NCBI GenBank assembly: GCA_965153455.1
Contig: OZ234493.1
Location: 13,010,213-13,074,212, forward strand
Origin: Sphagnum compactum
Taxonomy: Eukaryota
Reading direction: 5' to 3'
Length of the DNA stretch: 64,000 nucleotides
Numbering within the stretch: position 1 is the stretch's first letter; each line of letters starts with the position of its first letter. Positions 52,901 to 64,000 of the stretch are shown piece by piece. The notes under the pieces were generated by a model. The model worked only from the letters and a program-made list of their open reading frames with translations, was not told the DNA's origin and made no database searches. Made by a program: the position numbers and the translations under genes.

Positions 52901-54528
52901 TCAACGGTGGAAATCCTCTCATGTCGGGTTATTGACACAAGAAAGGCATAATTCCAAACCTTTTTAAAAGGACTTATCAAACCCATCAAACCCTAACTCA
53001 TATCTTTCCAACCATTTCAATTTTTCCTTCTCAGATGATTCCGACTTCCTTCAACAATATCTCTCCTCAGCCTTCACTCACATCCATTGTCCAACTCTCC
53101 ACTTTCTTGACCCACCACATAAAGAGATTCCGAGATCATTGTATCATGTGAATATTTGTAAGTCCAAACTCAATTTCACACCATTTGAAGGTAGTATCAG
53201 AGAGTATCAGATCCTGAGGCATTTAGACATACCCGATTGCTTTTAGTCTTAACAGAGACCTTGTTATAATTGTTCCCCCACAAATCAAGTGAAGACCTTG
53301 GAATACAGTGTAATAGTTCCTCAACAAATCAAAGCAAACATTTCATCTTCCAAAAAGTTCCAGAGAGTTCACCTGTTTTCATGAAGAAACATTCGGTTTC
53401 TTTGAAAACCTTTCCTCGTTTTGAAAAGCCCACCTGGTCTTTACAATACATAACACCTCAGTCCCTGCATGTTTAACTCTATACATAATCTGCTGCAACA
53501 TCTAGAATCAGCGCTCTACCTTACATGAAAATGCACATTCTATAATTTAATCCTACAAGCCAGGGATGGGTAGGCTGCCACATCATGTTTCATCACTGGA
53601 ATGAAGGTTTTGCACTGTACTGTAAATGCTTGAACTGAAATGACGTGCTCTATGATGAGGAAGGTGGACATACCCCTCACACCAGATGAGCTGACCCAGA
53701 AAAAAGGGGCAAGAAAGCAAGAACATGCTAAGACAAATCTTGACTATGACTTCAAGGTTGATGAAATTCAGGATGCTGAGATTTATCACAGAGCAAGAAC
53801 ATGGTCCTAAGTCCCAAATTGGTAGAACCATGAGTTTAGTGCACAAAGGAAGCACACCAGTTCCTGGAATCTACAGGGACACTGCATCCTCTTATATGTA
53901 TTGGGAAAGTGTAAAGACACAAATGTGAGCCACACCTGCATTTTGTTGCAAGTGTACAGTGAGAAATTTTCCCACTTTGACCTCTCTCTCTCTCTCTCAT
54001 ATTCAAAATGTCAAAGCATGAAAACGTGTGTTTTCAAGCATAAGCATAAACTTGTGTTAGTACTTTTTCCAATGACAGCTTTCAAGAACTAAAAGATAGA
54101 GCAAAATTGTATAGAGGATGACTGCAAAGCACACTGCCCATGTGCATAGTTGATGATGCTGCATATTTTCCCGGACTAAAATTCATCTCTTTTACACCTC
54201 AAACCTCCCTTGGTGGATTCACTCACGTCTACTACATCGTTGTTGAGTTTTCCAGATAATTATATATATATGTCAGTTTCTATCTGTTTTGGGGCTTTTG
54301 AACAGCATCCGATTTCCTTTTGGAACCTATCTGTTTCTGCAACCCAGGAAAAATAAAAAAAGAGTGAAAATCACTTGGTTTGCTACCGAGGAAACTCCAC
54401 TATATGCAAATGCAATGCAGACGCAGTGTTCCAAATTCCAGGGAAAGTTAAGAACCCAATTAAGCACCATTGATAAGAAGCATCTTCTTTTTCCAGAGCA
54501 CCATGGCCTTCATTGCTGGATATGGAGA

Positions 54529-57500
54529 TCATTTTGATAACTTGGTTCCTGATGATGATGACAACCTGGATCCACATCGCCTCAGATCACTCAAAGAGGT
54601 GGCAGCACCCAGAGGCAACTGCAGAAGCCCTCCCATGTCCTCCACCTAGTTTGCACAGGTAACACAAAAGAAAGAAATTACTTAATAAATGAGGCTTTGA
54701 ATTTCTATCTGCATTTTCAGATCTCTGCACAAGTTACTCTGTTCAACAGAAAACTCTTACACTATTGTCAGTACTGTAGATGCTGTGAAAGGAAAGCCTT
54801 AAAATGATACCTGCTGCACAAGGAGACGAAGCAAGGGTGTTGTTGAAAGTGTGCTTTGGGAACCGATCATCACTAACTTCTTCTGTTGACAGACACAAAA
54901 AAAAGACTCAGAAATTGGGTACCTCAAACTTGCAGAAATTGGGTACTCTCTTTGTCTCTCATAGCAAGTCCTATCTGCACCAGTTGTGAGAAATCAGATC
55001 TGCAAATGAGCGTCTCTCTGATGCTTTTACCTTTCTTGCAAAATAAGGGGGGTCATGTGAAAACAAAGCTGACAAATAGTGTATGTGTTGATAAATCTTC
55101 TTCACCTTAGCACGTGTGATGGCAACATTAATGCGGTGCCAGTCACCTAACAAGGACCCAGATGTTTGCTGCAGATTGTTGGACCTCACAAACGAAACCA
55201 CAACACACTCCTTATCACGCCCCTGCAATGACCCATTGCTTGCATTTAATGTTACCATCTTCTCTTTCTGTTGCCTAAAAGAATGAGCTAATTCTGGCAC
55301 CTCATTCAGGATGGTGTAAAAGATTAGAGATGTTTAAAAGATGCAGTGGGAACCCACTTGGTACTTGTCCACAGTATGAACCTCTAAGGGACATAGTGCC
55401 TCGTCTGCTGCCTTCTGCTGAATGAGGTCCACCTGAGCATTGTAAGGACTGATGACACCAATGTCCGATATGCCCAGTCCACCCACAACCAGCGCTCTCA
55501 CAATCTATTGAGAGACAAATTTTCCACAGTGCATCATTATAAGTGGAAACAGCAGACTTGTACAGAATGTGGTGCACCCAGTCATTCCAATGACATCAAA
55601 TTGGAAAGAAATGACGGAGAAAGAATTCTCTGCAAGAATAGCTCTGGAGACTTTCTCTGTCAGAAGAAATAGCTGGCTCACTTTGATGACAATTGAGGCC
55701 TCCGCCACATTGTGGATTGCTTTGCGCATCCGTGTTTCCTCAGCAGCCATTGCATCTGAATCCAACAGGTCAAAAAAATTTAAATAAAATAAAAAGGAAA
55801 TAAAATTGAGATCAGCTTGGAGACAGGATGTGACATGGGTATAGAAGACAATTGGCAAGAAATTCAACTTCTTCAATTTACCTGTGTCAAGAAACAGCAC
55901 CTTTCTGCATGGATCCAACACCTGCACTACCATGACAATTGCACAGTAAGAATCTCAATGGATCAATGTCAGATCTGATAAGGATATCATACATTGGTCT
56001 GTTACATTTGGGTTCATTGCCTTGTGAACAAAGTTGCACACCTGATGTAGCCACTGGGGTGCATGTTTCAGAGGAGGGGTGGAAAGAGTGAGCTGTGCAG
56101 TTGCAACCTCACGGGACCCACATCGCAAGCGGTTGCCATAAATAAGGGCATTACACAAAGACATGATATCTGCACACATACGATACTGGCACTGAAGAGC
56201 CGAGACCGCTTGTGGATGAGCTTCCGACAGCCTCCGAAACAGGCTGACAGTCATACCTTTCTCTCTAGCTTCTGGGTTCTGCATCAAAAGGCCTTCCAAA
56301 AGTAAGTGCAAAAGAAATTGAACTTCATAAAAATATGCGTACTGCTCATCCGTACAACTACAGAGATGATCAGTTATGATTCTGTGCAATGTGACATAGC
56401 AGATGATATCACATAACATTTTCATCCTAGCAACCCAAGGAACAGCCACAAAAAATTGTCTAATCCTTTTGAGAATGTTATGGAATTAGTTGGTTATAGG
56501 GTTTAGGGTTTTGGGCTTTAACAGGAAAAGCATAAAAGGTAGTGGCAGATCGCACCCGAACAAGAGGAGGTAGCTGGTAGTGGTCTCCAACCAATACAAA
56601 GGTATTGGCACAGCGTAGCGGGCCCAGACACACCTGCACAATTGTGAACTGTCTTTAGACTGATTTGGAAACATCACCAGCACTGTTGACAAAGACAATT
56701 CCCAATACACAAATCTCCACAGGTGTGCAGCTAGATAGACAAATTCTGCAAACACAAAAGCACAAAAAATCCACCACATTTGGCCAACTTTGTGCATATA
56801 CAAAAAATGAAGTTCTGTAAGCGGCTTTTTTCTTCAGGATGATAGTTCATATGTATTATGAACATGGGTTCTTTTCTTACAGGTAGAGTGATCTGGCCAG
56901 CTTCATCAACAATGCAGACATCAAACTTGCGTTTCCCAAACATGGCATGTGTGATACCCAGACAGGTTACGCCCACCACACGGGCTTTATCTACCATAGC
57001 CTCCATTTCCCGGACATTTGCCACAGTCATACCTGGCATACATTATTGGGGGAAAAAAATAAAAATTTGATCAAGTGGGTACCTCCTGTGCTGTAAGGAT
57101 ATATGGTCAAACAAGCTTGAAAACAAGTATTAAAATACCCACAAGAAGAAGAGGGCTTCTTCCCAACATGTTTTGGGGACTTCAGGGGAGAGAACAAGAG
57201 AACCTGGTCCATTGATCACATGGCCCCAAAGCTCTGGGTGAATTGCATCAGTTCTCCCAACACGGACAAAATCAACATTCTGCAAAACAGAAGAAGAATC
57301 TGCTTCCCATTAGCAGCTGTCTAACACAAGAGCTGTCCAACCCTGGGAAAAAACCACACCCAACAACTCGCAGAAGTCTGTCTCTTTACGACTTTCTTCT
57401 TCTTCTCTCATCTTGACCCTCTGCTCAGCCCACCTGCACTCTTTTTATTTTCTAATTATGGGTTTTGCTTGCAGCAAGCAAACCTGCATCTTCAGCTTGA

Positions 57501-60500
57501 GTAGGATATTGTCAACTGCAGAGTTTGTGTAGGAGGTGAGCAGGACAGATGCGCCTCGAGCAAGCAGAGCGTTGACTGCATGGACAATTGTTGACGTTTT
57601 ACCAGTACCTGGCATGCCCAAAATCAATGCATAGTCCCGTGCTGCTAGAATCTGCACCCACATTACGTTTCCACCATGGATGTAAAATACAACAGCACCT
57701 GGACAAATTTCCGCACAAAATGTTTCCAAGAATGGGTGAAAATGCAATTGTAAGGTTGAGTAGCAGCTAAAGAAACTGATACACAAAAAATTGAACAAAA
57801 TGAGAAAGTGAAAGAAATATGCTGAATAAAGGTATGCAAATGCAAAGAATGACTTTCCATGAGGAAAAAAATAAATATTCAAAAGCTTGGGAAGAAGTTG
57901 CACTTTGTGAATTGCTCGCTTCTGATCATTGTTGAGGTCAGCTGCCGACTTCACGTACAGGGATGCTGGATCTTGACTAATCAAAGCTCCACTCTCGAAC
58001 TTAGGTGCCTGATTCAAGTCCATGAATCAATCAGGCACCAACACTGGATCTGGAGTCTACCCAGTGAAGAAAAGTGTTTTTGCATTGCATATGCACCATG
58101 TTAGCTTCTCAGAAAGTGTCTGCTTTCCATTTTACTGCTGATAATCAGTCAAGGAACCAGATACAAAAAATCAAGACGTGGGTGGTTACCTCAAGGTCGA
58201 CTATGAGTCGACGACGGCAATGGTCTCCATTGGTACTTACAAAGAGTTGCAGCACATTATACCTGCAATTGCAATATATTCTCTACATATGGTGAGTTTT
58301 GAAAGCGAAGTAATTTAGTTTGAACTCGAGAACAAAGTGATTACAGCATTCACCATGTCATTACTGTCAGGGAATTAGCTAACTGGTGGGACCACCACCT
58401 ACCTACCTCATGAGGGCCAGGGAGGATGCAGTTTCATCTTTGTCTATCCGCCACACCTCTTGCCAAAGCGTATCAACCTCTGAGACACCAGAAGCCTTTG
58501 GCAATCGCAGTTGACGTGACAAGGAGATCTAAGCACCATGCAAAAGCCAGCCACACACAGAGAAGACTCCTTTATAGTTTGCAAATGCACCCCAAAAACC
58601 CCCCAAAAAAAAAAGTTGCAGCAAGTGAAAGGAGGCTTAGGATGGTGAGTGCAGATGGTGCTCACGAAAATGGAATTTGTGTTGATGCTGGTAATGACAC
58701 CGGATGCTACAGCTGTGTGCCTGTCAGTACTAAGCAACTGCACCAGGATCAACATCTCATCATGTCAGGGGCTGACAACAACATGCAGATTTGTTGTTGC
58801 TGATGAACTCAAGGAATAAACAAAGATATTGAATACTGAAAGTTGATGATCCAGGGGGAAGAACATTACCACATGGTCACCACATGAAAACGGCCGGTCC
58901 AGGAAGCTGCAAGTAGCTGGAGTGGTGGCAGTGGTGGCTCTTCGGAAACAATATTCGAAAGAGCTCCCATGGCTTAGTTGGCTGTTCTGTGGTGTTGTCG
59001 AGAGGTCCAGAACCAAGCACGAGAGACAGCGACCTTGCTCTTCTCGCTGCCAACTGGGCATCCGCCAAATCTCACTGCGGGACACCTGGACCACCCAGAA
59101 AAATTGATATTCATAAGCATTGAGAGATGAGCATTGTAGAAATTTCAGCTTAAACACCCAGATGGTTTTTCAAAAGCACACCGTCATTGATAGCTAGCAA
59201 GGAGAGGAGTTCAACAAAATTCCGGTAAACAACTCCCCTTTGCTTACTTGAATGTCCTGTGCTTCCAGGTCAATCAGACGGTCCCAGTGCTGTAGAAAAG
59301 CTGAGTGTGCCTTAGAAATGTGACCAGCATGAGCATCAAAGAGCTCCCCTAGTCCACTGGTTTCTCTAGTTCCCGCCTCCTGTACCTGACATGGGGATTG
59401 CATACAACAATATCAACCGCAAGCAGAACTGAGGGCAGGGAGGGGTACACAGCACTGCACATAGATTTTGCCAAATCATGGAGTTATCAGAACCTCAACT
59501 ACTAAGCCGAGAAATGCTTATGGGTTGTACCTTGTGGTACACCATGCAAACATCAAGATGGCGGCAGCTGCGACAAATATGTTCATTCTGTCACAGCATA
59601 GGCAGGCAACAATGGGTCAAGTTTTTTTTTCTTCCAGCACATGAATTCCACAAAAAAGGTTCAGGGATGTCTTAAGGATGTCACCAAGTCCAGGGTTTAC
59701 GATTTTAGGGTTTAAAGTTTAGGGATTTCCACCTGTGTGGTATGGGAGTGTAATTTGCAAGGAGGGGGAAGAAGAGGAAGACCTACTACCTTCAACATTG
59801 GAGGCAGAAGTTGGGTTGAGGATGCAGAAAGAAGGTTGGTGGCAAGATCATTGCGTCGGATCATGATCCCTGCCAGATCTGCATGTCGCACTCCCACTCC
59901 CTATCATCATGCATGCATGCATGCCACAGAAACAGTTAGAAACTACCATTCCTTGTCATATTACCCATTTGACAATGCTAATCAGCAAAAATCAGCAATC
60001 TGAAGCTCGAACTCAACAAAACCAATCGTGGACATTGATCTCAATCAACAGAAAGCGAACTTTGGTTTGCACCAAAACAAAAAAATGACAGTAGCACTGG
60101 TGACTTCATTCTGACCTGTGTTTGATTGGTGTGGAGATAAAAGAGTAGACCTGCCCCAACATCTTGCATGTATCTGCACAGCAGAAGTATGAAAGCCAGA
60201 TGTTAGACCTGCATCTTTATTTGCACATGGATCTTACAGGAGTGTATATACCTAAGAAGGATGGGGAACCACTTCCTATTCTTAAAAAGGCACACACCCC
60301 AACTGCAGAGCAAGAGATGGGTGTGGTGAGAATTGTGCAAGACCTGTCTGACATGAGAAGTGTGTACAGAATGACTTGGGCACGATGCTCAAGAGCTGCC
60401 TGCGTGCATCCAAGTGATTTCCACAATCCCGTAACAATACCGATTTCTCTGATTAGCTTGGAACTTGACACAAAAAGCCTGTAAACCACAACTCTGCAGA

Positions 60501-63500
60501 ATCTCAACAAAAAATGTGCAAGAGAAAGAAGGATTCTTTGCTCTACCTGCCCAGTTGTGCCTTTCCCTGTCTTCAACTCCAATGGCATGATTGTGTTGGA
60601 GTGTCCCAGTTTGACTTGAACTGAGGCATCAATCATGCCCTTTAGGCCATACTTGGGTGACCATACCATCTCCTCAATGTCAACTACCTGCAAGAGGGAG
60701 TTACATATGAGCAGGCAAAACCTCCAAACACACAACAGGACAATACAGAAAGCAAAGGATGTGAGTGTTGAGCAATAGATAGATCACAGTTGTAAAAGAC
60801 ATCAGATCCATCACCGGTGGTGCTACTTTGAGGAGAGAAGCAATTACTTACCTCAGGTATGGACAAGGGTTGATTCCCTTCTGTCCGACTGAACTCAACT
60901 CCAGAGGAACCCAGCAAAGGCTGCAAGGATGAGAGACATGGGATCAGGGCTTTTACTCAAAATGGGAGCTCAGATCCGTCTTGACACAGCTGCAGACTAT
61001 TGTGTACTATCTTAATCTTGTCATGCAAGACAAGAAAACAGGCAGATTTGCACATACCAGAGGACGACAGAATTGGTGTAGCCAACCCAAGATGGTTGGA
61101 ATCGAGTCAATGAGTTTCTCAAGTGCCTCCCTCTCATTGCCTGCAGCAGGAAAAGTTGTTTCTGAGACATTGCTTTCTCTTTTGTGCTAACTCCTCCATG
61201 CTGTCACAAAAGAAGATTATGATGGGCACAGAGTTCCTTTTCAGGAACAGCAATGGAAATGCTGCTGCTGTGCAACAAGTTCATCAGCTGTGAAGGAGGA
61301 GGAGGAAGAGCACTTTTGAAGTACCACAAACCTCCTATGGAATAGAGGCCATCTATGTTGTGCTGCACAATGGCTTTTGCCTCGTGTTGCAGAAACTCAC
61401 GGTTGGGTGACTCTGCCCGCAAGCCCACCTGCATAGATTGTGTTCCACTTTACATCCCACAACATCCCGGAACACATCTTTTCTTCACCAATTTTCTTGT
61501 GCAGCAGTTCACCAAAACACATCTCTACAAATTCGTAACTGCAATGTGTATGGATCTGTATCCCTCTTGGGTTTCCCCAAAGTTTCCCCAAGTCTGATTT
61601 GCCAGTAGAACCAACCAAAGAAGACAGAGAGTAGCACCTGGAAGAGTTGATGCAGCATGGTGCCAAGCAGAGCAGGCATGGACAAGTCACTCGATTTGAT
61701 CCGCTCATCAAGCACAGCCCTCCTAGCACAGCCAAAGCTTCCACCCACCTGAAACCAACCCACCAAAGGAGACTGATTACACAGCTCCTCAACCTGTTTT
61801 ACCCTAAACCCTCAACCCTGAACAAGACTTGGGCTGCTGGCAAAGTTGACACAGCAATGAAGCTCAAAAGTTGCAGTTCAAGCAGCATAACACGAGGTGA
61901 GGCACGGTGAGGAGTAGTACCCTGGAGCCTGAAATGAGTAGATCTGGGTGTACAACAAGGAGATTCTGGTTATGGTCCAGCACACAGGTGCCATCAGATC
62001 CAAACTCCCCAATAACATTCACAGTGTCACCTGGCCTCACTGATGTATGGAGCCTGCATGCAAAACACAACAAAGAAAAAAAGAGCAGCACCCAGCACCC
62101 ACTTCAACTTTCTTCCACTTTTTTTCCCCCCCACTTTTCTACTACATAGCCATCTAGCCATCCTTGTGTGCAGATGCTCTTTGGAGCAATGCAGCACTGA
62201 CTCTGCAGAAACCTTTCAAGGCAAACCAGGACTGACAAGCCTCCTTCAGCAGAGTTATAATTGAAAGTCTTTTCCCAGATATGATTGTTTTGGAGCATTG
62301 GGTGGGTGGGTTTTATGCGATAGGTTTTTTTCCTCACCATTCATCCTGCATTATCAACATTCGCTCTGCTCCACTCTGCTCATTGAGCAATCGTAGAATC
62401 TGCAAAACAGCGACCTTTCTTAGCAAAGTACTGGCAGAAAATGCTCGCACTCTCTCTCTCTCTCTCTCAAGCCCACAGACGTCCTGAGCTCTTGAGAGTG
62501 CGGAAAAAAAAGAAAGACCTGATTGGGTATATGGGTAGAAGATCACCTTTTGCTCACTGTTCTGATACTTTGCATCAGCAACCTGTGCACAGGTACCACC
62601 ACCACAGGTCCCCACTTTCAAATCCTCTGTAAGCCTCTCTGCATTCCCATCTCTACCCCTTCTCTAGGAAAAAAAAAGGCATTCCTTAGGACCTCTACTG
62701 CTGGTCGGTGCAGTTTTTGTCTGAATCATGACATCAAGCTGAACATACAGGTAATCTTTTGTACCTCAAGAACAAGAAAATGTATGCTTGCTTCATCTCT
62801 CGTTTTGGGCACTGGCTTATTATTGGCAACAGCAAATGCGCTGTTGCCATTTTCTAATAAACTCCACTCATGCTCGCTAAGAAGATCATCAACCTCCAAG
62901 GCAGCAACCTGAGCTTGCACTGCATCTTCTTCCGGAGAGATCTGTTGTTTGTCTCCAGAGGATTTGAAAACAGTAATTGATTCTGCAGGATTGAGGAACT
63001 GTGGTCTCCGGGCATCAAGTGGTGGTGGCTGCTGGTGCTGCCTTCCCTTTTCATGGCATATGGAAGAATCCAAACCATGATTATCTAGCAACCTGACTTC
63101 CATGCCATGGTTTGCAGGTTGTGGTTTCTCATCCTCAGCAGGAAAGTTTAAAGTCTTTTGGATGGCAGTGCAATCTATCATTTCACACAATCGAAGTGAC
63201 CCTTTTGCTGCAAGGTTCTTTGCTTCTTTGGTAAAGTCTGGACTTATGACATTCAAACCATGTCCTGATGATGAACTCACAGCAGCACCTCCATCAGTCC
63301 AAGAGCGGACAGACTTGGTTGCAGCAGGAGGGGGATTTGCATCTCCTGCAGCAGCAGCTATTTTCTTCAGCTCACACTCTGTAGAAAGCCCATTGCTAAC
63401 TTTGCTGCCAAGTGTCCTTGCTTTCTTTGATTTCCTTCCTGAGGGTGGAGATCGTTTCGGCCTATCCTGTGTTGAGATTGCACTTTCCACACGATCCAAT

Positions 63501-64000
63501 AGCTCAAGTAGTGCCTGTACAGATCCACACACAGCCCATGATACACTTGGACACCATGGTCAACGCACATAGACTAGGTGAAAGCAGCAGATTTTTAAAC
63601 AGAGAGTCAGAGTCGCACACCTTACGGCGCTGTCCAGTATTCAGCTGCTTAGGGATCCCTCGCCTCATGCGACCATCTGAACTCTGATGCAAAAAACAAA
63701 GGAAAACCCCAACAGTCTCAGTCCAACAAAGAAGAGCTTTCATCTCTCAGTAAGAAGTGAGACATCAAAAGACAACAGGACCCCCACCTCTTGGGTAGGG
63801 TGTTGTTGTAAGATCATGAGCTGGAGGAGTGTCCATACCCAGGAATGGCGCCGTGAGGAAGATGCCAAGGCCTTGAAAGTGTTGCTTGGGACTCGTGTTG
63901 CTTTGGCAGGTGAGGAAACCTTGTTACGGACTGGCAGGACTGTTGAATTATTCTCAACATTCTCCTTGTTCCAATCCTTAGGTCTGGATTTCGCAAGTTT
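54529..64000 (-). CDS. DNA2: DNA replication ATP-dependent helicase/nuclease DNA2 (multi-exon; start lies beyond the window)
   Basis: [32 protein letters not shown] and [12 protein letters not shown] (Fe-S Cys); [111 protein letters not shown]. Last exon 54645-54529 ends in TGA. Confidence 0.97.

Noticed and set aside
59520-61745. Cas4/AddB-like Fe-S nuclease motifs
   Set aside because: They are the normal nuclease domain of DNA2, spliced in frame with the helicase exons.

Overview
AT-rich, intron-rich land-plant nuclear DNA. The PPR style, intron sizes and repeat content suggest a moss such as Sphagnum (inference). Genes: (1) the 3' part of a GH35 beta-galactosidase with a C-terminal SUEL lectin domain (+, one GC-AG intron); (2) a PLS-class PPR locus (+) with an OSB-type 'PDF' ssDNA-binding motif spliced in front of 15 PPR motifs and a frameshifted E2/DYW deaminase tail; (3) a long single-finger QALGGH C2H2 zinc-finger repressor (-); (4) an intact VOC/glyoxalase-I-like gene (-) and a truncated pseudogene copy about 10 kb to its left; (5) a multi-exon DNA2 nuclease/helicase (-) running off the right edge. 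The intergenic DNA holds decayed Harbinger, hAT, Sola-like and LTR integrase remnants, three TIR elements/MITEs, a solo LTR with a 5-bp TSD, several minisatellites and many short interstitial telomeric tracts. Two of those tracts sit exactly at rearrangement or insertion points that the VOC duplication reveals. The most unusual item is the PDF-PPR-DYW fusion architecture.
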